From the IMG/VR virus record IMGVR_UViG_3300011422_000002, positions 1 to 44,718 of that record: a stretch of 44,718 bases of DNA; one strand, given 5' to 3'. Below, one piece after another: positions 1 through 9,349 of the stretch. Each line of letters begins with the position of its first letter. Position 1 is the first letter of the stretch. Source of the DNA: a virus (Duplodnaviria > Caudoviricetes). The notes under the pieces are model-generated. The model was not told the DNA's origin, ran no database searches, and worked only from the letters and a program-made list of their open reading frames with translations. The translations under genes were made by a program, and so were the position numbers.

Positions 1-123
1 AGGACTTCATCACCGGGGAGATCAACCCTGACGCATTCGACCGGGAGGTAGCCAAGTGGACTAACCGCTACGGCGACGATGCTTTGGACTGGATTAACCG
101 CTACATGGGAGCCGGACTCACCC
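1..123. repeat. Direct terminal repeat, copy 1 (circular assembly overlap)
   Basis: Identical to 44596-44718; falls inside an ORF whose frame is preserved across the join. Confidence 0.97.
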
Positions 124-557
124 GAGTCGAGCAAGCCTACCACGATGACCTCCGCACCCTCGACGAGGCCGGGTACTTCGATACCCCCAAGTATCGCAAC
201 ATGAAGTCCGGCCTCACCGAGGACGAGATCGACTCCATATCCTCCGCTGTAGATGCCGCCAGAGCCGGCAACCCACAACTCCAATCCCAGTCCTGGAGTC
301 AAACCGCGAGGGCCCTACTCAAAGATTCCCTCAGCCCTAAGGAACTCAGCGATATCGTCAACTCCCGGTCTGAGAAATACGCCAACCCGGAACGAGAGGA
401 ACTCAAAGAGAAGTATGGGAAAGAAATCCTCTGGTTCAACTCCCGGGCCAACTGGGATTCATACACCAACTACAAACCCGGCAAGAAGACTGCCAAGGTA
501 GGAGGCGCCCTGAAACTATCCAAGCCAACAGCGGCCAACTTAAAACCCACTCGTTAA
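3..557 (+). CDS. C-terminal end of giant polyvalent virion protein (continues from 37242 across the join)
   Basis: The 84..557 track ORF is in frame with the open frame at the window end (position 84 = 44679). Confidence 0.9.
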   Translation, partial: DFITGEINPDAFDREVAKWTNRYGDDALDWINRYMGAGLTRVEQAYHDDLRTLDEAGYFDTPKYRNMKSGLTEDEIDSISSAVDAARAGNPQLQSQSWSQTARALLKDSLSPKELSDIVNSRSEKYANPEREELKEKYGKEILWFNSRANWDSYTNYKPGKKTAKVGGALKLSKPTAANLKPTR

Positions 558-586
558 CCCGTATAAATTGACCCACCGCATACACT
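558..586 (+). promoter_or_regulatory. Putative phage-specific late promoter (CCCGTATAAATTGACC plus -10-like TACACT)
   Basis: The same 16-mer occurs at 29329-29344; both copies lie just upstream of late operons. Confidence 0.7.
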
Positions 587-603
587 ATCAGATGAGGATA
601 CCA

Positions 604-1377
604 ATGCCTGACTCCCCTAGTACCTCTACCCCGGCCGAACCTGTAGAGCCACAGGAAGCGCCGCCCGAGGCCTCTTCGGACGAATGGATTAGACTCGACC
701 CCAACAACTTGACGGAAAGTATCCGCGCCTTGCAAAAGGAAAATCCAAAGTTCCTTGAGGTATTCAACACCGAAGTCGGTAACCACGCTCAAAAGCAAGC
801 GGCCCGGAAGTACGAGCCTGAAGTCAAGAAGCTTCAATCCGAACTCGAGTCCGAACGTATGCAGAGGCGCCGCCTCGAAGTCCTGGCTATGTCCGAGAAG
901 GACATTGAAACCCAGTTCGCGGCTGACCCGAAATTCGCGGAAGAGTATGCCAAGCTAGTCCATTACGAACCTCAGACAATTGAGGATGACCCTACTCCAA
1001 TCATCACACAGCAGTGGGACGAGATGGAATCTTGGGCGAAAGATCAGGGCGTTGATGATGCCTTCGTCGATAAGATTCTAGCCAAGGCCCAAAACGGAGG
1101 GTACGCAGTGGATGGACACTGGTCCCTCGGTATGCAGATGATACAGAGAGATTTCACTAACGAGATCCTCCGGATTAAAGGCTCCTCAGATCCTCAAATC
1201 AACCCTTCCCTCACTCGAGGCGGAGCCGTAGTCACCCCTGCAGGTAGAGGTTCTACCGGGGGATGGACTTTCAAGACCGCTAAGCAGTTCCAAGACCTCC
1301 CGGTTGCTCAACAGACCGAAATCCTGGAAGACCCTGAGGGACTCAAATACGTCGAAGAACTTGTTAAAAAGGGATAA
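604..1377 (+). CDS. Capsid scaffolding protein (putative)
   Basis: Acidic Pro-rich N-terminus, helical/coiled-coil body, directly before the coat gene; GAGGA RBS favours ATG 604. Confidence 0.7.
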   Translation: MPDSPSTSTPAEPVEPQEAPPEASSDEWIRLDPNNLTESIRALQKENPKFLEVFNTEVGNHAQKQAARKYEPEVKKLQSELESERMQRRRLEVLAMSEKDIETQFAADPKFAEEYAKLVHYEPQTIEDDPTPIITQQWDEMESWAKDQGVDDAFVDKILAKAQNGGYAVDGHWSLGMQMIQRDFTNEILRIKGSSDPQINPSLTRGGAVVTPAGRGSTGGWTFKTAKQFQDLPVAQQTEILEDPEGLKYVEELVKKG

Positions 1378-1380
1378 ACA

Positions 1381-2301
1381 ATGGCAGTCGATGCCTTCAT
1401 TCCAACCCTGTGGTCTAAGAAGTTCAAGGACGTTCTCGATCCCGCTCTCGTGTATGCCAACTGTGTGAACCGCGACTACGAGGGTGAAATCAAGAACATG
1501 GGTGATACAGTCCGGGTCAATACCATCGGCCCAGTGACCATCTCCCCCTACGTCACGAACACACTCAACCTCCTTCCTGAGCAGATCCAAGGCGCCGGTC
1601 AGCCTATGGTTATCGATCAGGCCAACTACTTCTACTTCGCCCTGGACGACGTGAACAAGGCCCAAATCAACGTGAATGTCATGGAGCAGGCTATCCGCCG
1701 CGCTTCATTCGGCATGAGGGACGTAATCGACGAGTTCCTTTCTGCCCTCCTCGCCGCTGGCGTCCACGAAGATAATGTGCTGGAAGTAACCGGCACCACC
1801 AGCTCATCCGTGGCCCAGCCCATCCTCCTCCCTGCCGCCACTCCAGACTTGTGCTATGAACTCCTGGTGGACCTCTCCACCAGATTGAACAAAGCCAACG
1901 TCCCTGGTGGCGACCGCTGGGCAGTCCTCCCTCCCGACTTCATCGGCCGGATGTTGAAGGATGACCGCTTCACCAGCTTCGCAACCTCCGGCGCCTTTGA
2001 GAACATCAAGGGTGGGAGCTCAGCCGGTGGGGAAGACGGCAACCTTCTCCCGATGCTTCGGATGCTCACCGGCTTCGACATCTACGTCTCCAACCAAGTC
2101 CCCGTCGGTGGTGCTACCGTCTACACCATCATAGCCGGGTACAAGGGCGCCGCCAGCTTCGCCACTCAAATCGCCGAGGGTCAGCCTGAAGCATTCCGCC
2201 TGCAAACCGGCTTCGCCGATGCAGTCCGTGGCCTTCAGCTGTACGGCGGCAAAGTCTTCGAACCAGCTGGTCTCGCCAGCGCCTACATCCAGTTCACCTA
2301 G
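1381..2301 (+). CDS. Major capsid protein, P22 coat (gp5)-like HK97 fold
   Basis: FIPTLWS, NRDYEGEI..GDTVRV and F.DAVRGL.LYG.KV motifs typical of this coat family. Confidence 0.92.
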   Translation: MAVDAFIPTLWSKKFKDVLDPALVYANCVNRDYEGEIKNMGDTVRVNTIGPVTISPYVTNTLNLLPEQIQGAGQPMVIDQANYFYFALDDVNKAQINVNVMEQAIRRASFGMRDVIDEFLSALLAAGVHEDNVLEVTGTTSSSVAQPILLPAATPDLCYELLVDLSTRLNKANVPGGDRWAVLPPDFIGRMLKDDRFTSFATSGAFENIKGGSSAGGEDGNLLPMLRMLTGFDIYVSNQVPVGGATVYTIIAGYKGAASFATQIAEGQPEAFRLQTGFADAVRGLQLYGGKVFEPAGLASAYIQFT

Positions 2302-2311
2302 GAGTCGTATC

Positions 2312-2680
2312 ATGGCTAACGTTTCTATCGCATTGACTCCACTCGTCATCAATACCAGGTCTAACGACCTGATTGCTTCGGGGACTTCTGTCCCTATCAA
2401 CGACACCTTCGACATTGATGCCAAGGGCAAGACAGATGACCTGATCATCTTTCTCGAGTCCACTGACGCCAATGCTCCGGTGGTCACCTTCAACGCCGGA
2501 GTTGACCCGCCAAGCAAGCGGGAGGGTCTTGGCAATCTGGCTGTCAACCTCGCCACCTTGGACGCTCGCATCCTCCAGCTCGAGGGTGGGCGCTTCATCC
2601 AGGCCAATGGCAAGATCACAGGTTCGGTAGCCACTGGTATCACCCGCATCACCGCCTTCCGCACCTCGCGGCGGTGGTAG
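2312..2680 (+). CDS. Virion protein, possibly capsid decoration/cement
   Basis: 122-aa beta-rich protein after the coat gene; AGGAG RBS. Confidence 0.6.
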   Translation: MANVSIALTPLVINTRSNDLIASGTSVPINDTFDIDAKGKTDDLIIFLESTDANAPVVTFNAGVDPPSKREGLGNLAVNLATLDARILQLEGGRFIQANGKITGSVATGITRITAFRTSRRW

Positions 2681-2682
2681 AA

Positions 2683-2753
2683 GGAGGGGCTCCTTTCACA
2701 CCCATTCGAGAGGTTGGTGGATCGCCCAGCCTCGTGTGATTGGAGCCTCCCCC
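2683..2753 (+). terminator. Long GC-rich interrupted hairpin after the head operon (terminator, processing site or ncRNA)
   Basis: Nested arms GGCTCC/GGAGCC, TCACAC/GTGTGA and GAGGTTGG/CCAGCCTC; no U-tract. Confidence 0.5.
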
Positions 2754-2861
2754 CACAACGAAACTTCCCCGTGGAAACGCACACAACGCAAATTCCGCCG
2801 GGTTTCCACTTTTTCCGACCCGCCCATCACCCGTCAAAGTACGCCCCACACAACGCAAATT
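2754..2861. repeat. Non-coding element copy A (CACAACGCAAATT-type boxes)
   Basis: Boxes at 2754, 2782 and 2849; block-by-block similarity to 12620-12728. Confidence 0.8.
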
Positions 2862-2880
2862 CACCCCTAAGGAATAAGTA

Positions 2881-4224
2881 GTGGCAACAGTTATCGCCGC
2901 CTCTACAGTCCCCAACCTCGACGGTGTAAGCCGGTACTCCCTATTTAAGAAGCTGGCCCTCGACACGGGCATGTTGTTCTGTGGAGTAGTAACCGAGGGT
3001 GGGATTAACAGTTTCCAAGACACCGGGAACCTGATGACTTCCCAAGGTGTACCTGAAGACTGGATAGGCGGATGGTTCCGAGCGTCTAAGACTGCTGCCC
3101 ACGCTGCTCCCGAAGGCCAAATCGCCCCGGTCTCGGATTATGAACCTGAGTTAGGCAAAATAGATCTATCCACCCATCTCACCGGAACCTTATCTCCCGG
3201 TGACGAGTATGAGCTTTGGAAGATCAACCCGAAGATAGCCAAAGACATTGCCGACTCATGCCTCACCGACGACCTCTATCTCCCATGCTGGACGGTGTTA
3301 AGTGAAGTCCCCGATTATGATATGGAACAGCCCGGTACCGACGACTGGAGCAACTTTAATTCCACCGTCAGTAAACAAACTGAGCAACCACGACTCAGCT
3401 ATTCCGGGAAACGATACTTGCGTGTCGTGTCTAGTAGTCCGGGAGGTTACGCTCAGTCAAATCCTCTCCCTATCGAGCCTCGATATACTTACCAGCTCTC
3501 CGGCGTAGCCCGGTGTGATGCAGGTTCGGTAGCTGAGTTAGTAGCATGGGATAATACTAACGACGTAGAGATTCAGTCGTACCCCAGTGACCGCCAGTAC
3601 CCCGCTCGTATATGGCATCACTTCCTAGCCCCCGAGAATTGCCGTGAACTATCTATCCGCCTCCGGAACCAGAACACTGGTACTATAGACTGGGATGAGA
3701 TAAGCTTCCATTCAGTCAACGGAGCTGATATCCCCCTCCCATGGTGGGTAAAGAATGATACCCAGGTCAAGGGTATATTCAACCTAGCCCCACTCTCCAT
3801 TGGCAAGCAGCTCTGGGATGCCACACTCCGCGGCGAAGATGACACCCGCTTTGACGTGATTCCAAACTTTGGCGGCTACACCCGGTTCAAAGCCCAGGCC
3901 CGCCAGGGACTCACTACTCACCCCATCTTCATGTTTGGTAGTCGAAACGAGACGCCCTTCGAATCCGATGTTGAGGATCTTAAGTACCTCGACATCAATC
4001 TATTCGTGGCTTGTCTCAAGTACCGCTTATACAAGTTCCACTCTCAGCCCCTAGTCACCGGCCTTCTCGACGCAGAGAACTTCAAATCCATGCTCGGGCC
4101 GGCGGAAGGCGAGTGGATGCGTATCTCCCAGTCCATGTCCGTGGAGTTAAACAAGACCCTGGACAGCCCAACTCCGTGGGTGGAGTACATAGATCATAGG
4201 TTCACTTATGGAGAAGGCAGATGA
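2881..4224 (+). CDS. Head-tail adaptor/tail tubular-like protein with an inserted carbohydrate-binding-like domain
   Basis: Position after the head genes; internal DME.P..DDWS...SGKRYLRV...IDWDEISF segment resembles a CBM4/9 beta-sandwich. Confidence 0.55.
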   Translation: MATVIAASTVPNLDGVSRYSLFKKLALDTGMLFCGVVTEGGINSFQDTGNLMTSQGVPEDWIGGWFRASKTAAHAAPEGQIAPVSDYEPELGKIDLSTHLTGTLSPGDEYELWKINPKIAKDIADSCLTDDLYLPCWTVLSEVPDYDMEQPGTDDWSNFNSTVSKQTEQPRLSYSGKRYLRVVSSSPGGYAQSNPLPIEPRYTYQLSGVARCDAGSVAELVAWDNTNDVEIQSYPSDRQYPARIWHHFLAPENCRELSIRLRNQNTGTIDWDEISFHSVNGADIPLPWWVKNDTQVKGIFNLAPLSIGKQLWDATLRGEDDTRFDVIPNFGGYTRFKAQARQGLTTHPIFMFGSRNETPFESDVEDLKYLDINLFVACLKYRLYKFHSQPLVTGLLDAENFKSMLGPAEGEWMRISQSMSVELNKTLDSPTPWVEYIDHRFTYGEGR

Positions 4225-5294
4225 GTAGATCACGCACCCCGTTTCTTTCCGGGACTATTCTCAATAACCCTCTAGCCATAGGTGGTACTTCACTAAGCAG
4301 CGCCGGGCTCGCATCCCTCCCTGCTATCGCTTCTCCAAACATAGCCGTTCTCGTCCTTGACCCCGCTGGCTCCGGCGGTGTACCTGAGGTAGTCTGGGTC
4401 ACTGCACACACCGCTAGCGCAACCACGGCTACTATAACCCGAGGCGCAGAAGGAACCACAGCCCGTGCCCACAACCTCAATGTTCCTTGGATACATGCCC
4501 CAACTACGTACGACTTTCAGGAAACCTACGGAGCTCAGCTAACCGCGGCTTCCAACCTCGTCCTTCCCGTATCTGACCATGAGAAGTTCTTCGTAGTCAA
4601 TGGAACTACTACGATCAATACTATGGATGCAAGACCGGTAGGATCCAGAGTATATCTTCAGTTCACCTCTGATGTAATCATTACTTGCAATGCTGGAACT
4701 AATGGCTTTGTCTGGCCCTTTGTCAATGCCGTGAGTAACAATATCATAGCCAAGTCAGACGAGATCCTTGAATTCGTATTCACGGCTGGCAATAAATGGT
4801 ATCTCATGGCTCGGTCTCAACCATCGGCCAGTGGTTGGCAGCTAATGACTAGGCAAAATAGCACAGAACAAAGTGCTGCCAATAATGCAGCGTCTGATAT
4901 GTTAACTTTGGGCGGGCTTGCTATTCCAGTCGAGAAGTGGGTAAAGATTACTGGACAGTATAGAAAAGCTTCGGGAACTGAAAATGTTGTAATAGGGTTA
5001 AAGATTAACTCCACTATTATTTCTGATTCCATGTTCGCAATAGCTGGTACGCCTACTGGCCCTGGCATGTTCGAGATAATCATACCCCCGAGGGATGCAG
5101 CCTATCCTTATTCTATCATGGGACGGTCTGAGTGGCATAAGTCAGATGCTTCTGTCGGTAACACAGCCAGCATGGGAACACTTTTAGCCGCTGTTCCAAC
5201 TGCGATTATAACTACAATAGTTATAAGAAGCGGAAACATCGGTACTGGGGCTGGTGTTGTGGCAGTTAAGAATGTCATAGTAGAGGTTCTATAG
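4221..5294 (+). CDS. Tail/head fibre-like protein
   Basis: EVVWVTA...TITRGAEGTTARAH N-terminal fibre motif; beta-rich, more AT-rich C-terminal part. Confidence 0.6.
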   Translation: MSRSRTPFLSGTILNNPLAIGGTSLSSAGLASLPAIASPNIAVLVLDPAGSGGVPEVVWVTAHTASATTATITRGAEGTTARAHNLNVPWIHAPTTYDFQETYGAQLTAASNLVLPVSDHEKFFVVNGTTTINTMDARPVGSRVYLQFTSDVIITCNAGTNGFVWPFVNAVSNNIIAKSDEILEFVFTAGNKWYLMARSQPSASGWQLMTRQNSTEQSAANNAASDMLTLGGLAIPVEKWVKITGQYRKASGTENVVIGLKINSTIISDSMFAIAGTPTGPGMFEIIIPPRDAAYPYSIMGRSEWHKSDASVGNTASMGTLLAAVPTAIITTIVIRSGNIGTGAGVVAVKNVIVEVL

Positions 5295-5303
5295 GAGGAA
5301 GTC

Positions 5304-5582
5304 ATGGACGAACAAATGGAACGATTCAAGGAACTCTGGGCCGACCGCGAGACTCGCGACGAGGCAAAGGAGTTCGCCAAAGCCTGGGTGGAGAACTATG
5401 AGGACAGCCTCAAGGTCCTATTCGAAGGCCTCACCATTGAACAGTTTGTCCAGCAGGTAGACCTGTACCGGTCGCAGGGCCGGGAGGACATGGTAGTCAA
5501 AGCGGAGATGTGGAATCTGGCGAAGATTCCCCCTCAACGCATCATCGGGAGTTACGGCCCACCCCCTGAGGCGGTACGGTAA
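5304..5582 (+). CDS. Hypothetical helical protein
   Basis: GGAGG RBS; coupled to the next gene. Confidence 0.7.
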   Translation: MDEQMERFKELWADRETRDEAKEFAKAWVENYEDSLKVLFEGLTIEQFVQQVDLYRSQGREDMVVKAEMWNLAKIPPQRIIGSYGPPPEAVR

Positions 5583-6028
5583 TGGCACTCACGCTTACAC
5601 TCACCATAGCCCGAGCAATGGCGCTGCTCACCGACCTCAAGACCTTCATAGACAGTGGTACAGCCGCGGTCATTGAGATCTACTCCGGCACACAGCCTGC
5701 CGATGCGGATGCGGCTGTTGGAGGCGGCACCAAACTTGCTACGCTCACCATGTCAGCCACCGCTTTCGGGGCGGTCACTGACAACAACCCCGGTGCGATT
5801 ATGACAGCGGCAGCCATCACCCCAGATGCGTCCGCTGACGCTACCGGTACCGCGGCGTGGTTCAGGATGCTAACCCAAGCCGGTGGGACAAACATTCTGG
5901 ACGGTAGTGTAGCCGTCGCCGGTGCTGATATGAACTTCAGTACCGTGGCCTTCACCGCCGGTAGCCAAATCGAGATCTCCTCCATGATTATGTACATTGG
6001 AGAAACTGACGCGCAGACTTATCCATAG
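5582..6028 (+). CDS. Small Ala/Thr/Gly-rich structural protein (fibre-associated family)
   Basis: IYSGTQPADAD...LATLT...ADATGTAAWFR...DGSV motif pattern of phage structural proteins. Confidence 0.7.
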   Translation: MALTLTLTIARAMALLTDLKTFIDSGTAAVIEIYSGTQPADADAAVGGGTKLATLTMSATAFGAVTDNNPGAIMTAAAITPDASADATGTAAWFRMLTQAGGTNILDGSVAVAGADMNFSTVAFTAGSQIEISSMIMYIGETDAQTYP

Positions 6029-6041
6029 GGGAGGCTGACCC

Positions 6042-8951
6042 ATGGCCTTCCCCGTAGTTGCTAGCATCACTCCGTCCCACTTCACAACGCAGGTAACGAC
6101 TCACAACGTCCTCATGCCAGCGACCGTAAACGCTGGCGACCTGCTTCTGATGATAGTTTCGGCCACAGGTAGTACTTCATTCACACTCACCGCACCTTCA
6201 GGCTGGACAGTATCGGGCCTTGGCGTCTCAGGAACCAACTTTCGGTCACAAGGTTATGTCAAGGATGCTATTGGCAACGAGGACGGGACAACAGTAAATG
6301 TAGCTTCTACACAGATTACACGTATGGAAGCTCAGGTCTACCGTATCACCGGCTGGAGCGGCGACCTAAGAGACCAAATCATTCCGCCTCAGCCCAGTTC
6401 GCTTGTTAATAACCTGAATCCCCCTTCTCACGCTCCTCCTTGGGCGCAAGCTGATACACTTTGGATTTCTGTACTCACATTCAGGGACACGGCATCTAAC
6501 TGTACCGTTACCGGCTATCCGGCCAGCTATTCCGGAGGAAGTACCGCAGTCACCGGAGGTGGTACAGCAGGGGCTGGAATTGCAAGTGCGTGGCGGCAGC
6601 TAAATGCCCTAACCGAAGACCCCGGCGCTTTTACAATGAGTGCCACTCCCTCTTCACATGCAGCTCAGTGTATCGGAATTCCTCCGGTCGGAGTTAATAC
6701 AGCTCCTCAAGTACAAGCTATCGCTGCTACCTATTCAAGTGGAACTGTAGCTAAGCCTGGTGTTACGTGGGGCGTGAACTATACAGTTAATGACTATGAG
6801 CAGACTGGCACAAACGCTCTTCTCATTGACATCGGCACCTCGCAGGGCGGCAATGATATCTTAGGAAACCAGACCGCTACCAGTGGCACCCCCGGCTCGG
6901 GAAGTGGCTTCTCTCACACATTGCTGGCTCAAGGAAATAATACTATATGGCTGAGAGTGCGGGACGGAACTAACAGTACCAACCAATCTGTTAATGTAGT
7001 TCGCTCCGACCCTATCCCCGCGACTAGCCGGTTAGTCCTCCCCTTCCCAGTAATGTCCGCCGCTGGGACACATACAGTCTTAGCAGCCACGGGTGTTTCT
7101 AGATTAGTTCTCCCCTTCCCTAGCATGAGTGCTGTCGGCGCTCATCATCCGAAGCCGGTAGGTGTTTCTAGTTTAGTCCTGCCATTTCCTCAAATGTCGG
7201 CAGCAGCTATACAGCGCATCATAGCTGGCGGCCAGCATAATCTCTGTACCAACCCTCACTTTGAAACAGACATAAATCCGTGGGCTGTAATTATAGGTGG
7301 GGAGATTCTCTCCCGTAACACTACGGATTCTCGTACTGGCATTGCTTCGCTTGAGGTACTTACTAACGGCACTGTATTTCAAGGGGCTCAGTATGTCAAC
7401 TTCGATGCGAAGCCTACTCAGGGCACTACCACTACCGCCCGAGCATGGGTGAAGGCTAAGACCGCCGGAGACATTGGGAAGCAGGTCCGACTCATCCTCG
7501 GTGCTGCAGGTACCGGCGAGGAAACCGGTGTTGACATTACTCTCAGTGCCTCTTGGCAGCAAATATCTGCTACGAAGAAATGGACTCAAGCTGGTGGCAC
7601 CGGAATCTTCATGCACCTCCGGGATGTATGGAGTGTAGCGGTTGACTTCCTCATCGACGACGTAGAAATCATCCAAGTCGGAGGGGATGTACTCACCCTC
7701 CCCTTCCCCCGCCTTTCCGGTGCTGGCTCGCATACAGATATCCAAGCTGCCAGCATCCTCACCATCCCATTCCCGGTACTCCAGACCACAGCTATATTAG
7801 AGAACATCCTCGGGCCTTATAACACTATCGGCTATGGTGGCTGGCCGTATGACTCCTACCCGCTGCTCGAAATCCCGCCGGTCATCTCCGATGCAGTAAG
7901 CCTCACCATTCCCTTCCCTATGATGTTCGCTGCGGGAGTGCAGCGGATACCCAGCACGACTACCCGGCTCATCACCCCCTTCCCGGTCATGGCTGCAAGT
8001 GGTCGCCCCGCCTTCAAGTCCACCAGTATACTGACTCTCCCCGGCCCTGTGATGAAGTCCGCTGGACTCGAGAAGGGCATTGGTACCTCCCGTCTCATCA
8101 ATCCCTTCCCGGTGTTGTTTACCTCTGGTAAGCAAAGAGACATTGGTGTAGCGAGACTCATACTCCCAGCACCCATTATGTCAACGACTGGAAAGCAGCG
8201 TGACATTGGAGTAGCTCGGTTAGTCCTGCCCTCCCCTATCATGGTCTCCACTGGTAGGCAGAAAGACATAGCTACAGCCCGGCTCATATCCCCATTCCCT
8301 GTCATGTACAGCCAGGGTGCACACTATGACATCCAAGGCGTATCCCGGCTCATAGTCCCGTTCCCAGTTATGAACACAGCCGGGTTCGTAGAAGGTGGGG
8401 CTAGGTCTTATCTCATTGCCCCCTTCCCCATCATGAGTACGACTGGTCGTCAGCGGGACGTAGGCCAGGGCCGATTCATACTCCCGTTCCCTATCCTCCA
8501 GACCGCGGCGCTACAGAGAATCATAGCCCAGGCTCGCCTCATAACCCCATTCCCTATGATGGTGTCTAGTGGCCGGAGTACATTCAAGGGCCAGGGTCGC
8601 CTCATCCTACCCACTCCCCTTATGTATTCACAGGGCCGGCAGGAATACGCATCCCAAGCTATCATCCTCACCCTACCCTCACCCATCCTCCGCGGCCTCG
8701 GCAATGTCCCCACCCAAGGCCGAGCCTATCTCATCCTGCCCTTCCCTATTCTCACCGCCACCGGGATACAGATCCCACCTATCCTTATCATCTACGAATC
8801 CACCTTGGAGATCCCCGAGTATACCAAGGTCATTCCTATCCCAGAATACAGTTCCATTCTCCAGACCCCAACCCACTCCACTTCCATCTCCGCGGAGCCA
8901 TCCGACCTTACCCTTCCCATCCCCGACCATAAACAAACAAGGAGTCTATAG
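6042..8951 (+). CDS. Repeat-containing fibre/receptor-binding protein (19 x ~21-aa LxxPFPxM repeats, inserted CBM-like domain)
   Basis: Repeats visible in the translation; NLCTNPHFET...FLIDDVEI CBM4/9-like insert; N-terminal MPATVNAGDLLL surface domain. Confidence 0.75.
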   Translation: MAFPVVASITPSHFTTQVTTHNVLMPATVNAGDLLLMIVSATGSTSFTLTAPSGWTVSGLGVSGTNFRSQGYVKDAIGNEDGTTVNVASTQITRMEAQVYRITGWSGDLRDQIIPPQPSSLVNNLNPPSHAPPWAQADTLWISVLTFRDTASNCTVTGYPASYSGGSTAVTGGGTAGAGIASAWRQLNALTEDPGAFTMSATPSSHAAQCIGIPPVGVNTAPQVQAIAATYSSGTVAKPGVTWGVNYTVNDYEQTGTNALLIDIGTSQGGNDILGNQTATSGTPGSGSGFSHTLLAQGNNTIWLRVRDGTNSTNQSVNVVRSDPIPATSRLVLPFPVMSAAGTHTVLAATGVSRLVLPFPSMSAVGAHHPKPVGVSSLVLPFPQMSAAAIQRIIAGGQHNLCTNPHFETDINPWAVIIGGEILSRNTTDSRTGIASLEVLTNGTVFQGAQYVNFDAKPTQGTTTTARAWVKAKTAGDIGKQVRLILGAAGTGEETGVDITLSASWQQISATKKWTQAGGTGIFMHLRDVWSVAVDFLIDDVEIIQVGGDVLTLPFPRLSGAGSHTDIQAASILTIPFPVLQTTAILENILGPYNTIGYGGWPYDSYPLLEIPPVISDAVSLTIPFPMMFAAGVQRIPSTTTRLITPFPVMAASGRPAFKSTSILTLPGPVMKSAGLEKGIGTSRLINPFPVLFTSGKQRDIGVARLILPAPIMSTTGKQRDIGVARLVLPSPIMVSTGRQKDIATARLISPFPVMYSQGAHYDIQGVSRLIVPFPVMNTAGFVEGGARSYLIAPFPIMSTTGRQRDVGQGRFILPFPILQTAALQRIIAQARLITPFPMMVSSGRSTFKGQGRLILPTPLMYSQGRQEYASQAIILTLPSPILRGLGNVPTQGRAYLILPFPILTATGIQIPPILIIYESTLEIPEYTKVIPIPEYSSILQTPTHSTSISAEPSDLTLPIPDHKQTRSL

Positions 8952-8953
8952 TC

Positions 8954-9349
8954 ATGGTAGTCGAATCCAACCTCCACGGTGGCAAGGGTATAGTCCGCGG
9001 TGACCAGTTCTCAATCCGCCGGACTACAACCAATGTCCCTCCTGGACACACCATAACTAGTGCATCCCTCACCCTTAGACAATTAGTAAACGGGGAGATC
9101 TCGGCTTCCGGTGGGCTGGTGTTTCAGAAGCCTGTCACCCCAACTAACATCCCCGGCACTGGGCAGATAGAAAACCTCGGCAGCTCTGGTGTTGGGCAAG
9201 TTCGCTTCGATCTCCAGTCCGCGGACACCCTAGCCATGGCCTCCGAAATTGAGTACTCCTATGATATACAAGTGGGGTTTTCTAACGGAGACCTACTCAC
9301 CCTCGAGCGTGGGCTAACATCATCCCTAGAGGAGAACACCGTAGCATGA
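8954..9349 (+). CDS. BppU N-terminal-like Ig-fold fibre anchor
   Basis: RGDQFSI...VRFDL...DT...YSYDIQV...TLERG pattern. Confidence 0.6.
   Translation: MVVESNLHGGKGIVRGDQFSIRRTTTNVPPGHTITSASLTLRQLVNGEISASGGLVFQKPVTPTNIPGTGQIENLGSSGVGQVRFDLQSADTLAMASEIEYSYDIQVGFSNGDLLTLERGLTSSLEENTVA

Noticed and set aside
1-123. 123-bp repeat as the biological terminal repeat of the virion DNA
   Set aside because: It lies mid-gene with the frame preserved, so it is more simply an assembler circular overlap
84-557. Independent 157-aa gene
   Set aside because: It is the in-frame tail of the ORF starting at 37242
2683-2760. tRNA gene
   Set aside because: Folds as one long hairpin; no T-loop GTTCRA or cloverleaf
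6042-8951. Diversity-generating retroelement target or template repeats
   Set aside because: No reverse transcriptase seen; the repeats are protein-level and divergent in DNA, without an adenine-specific pattern
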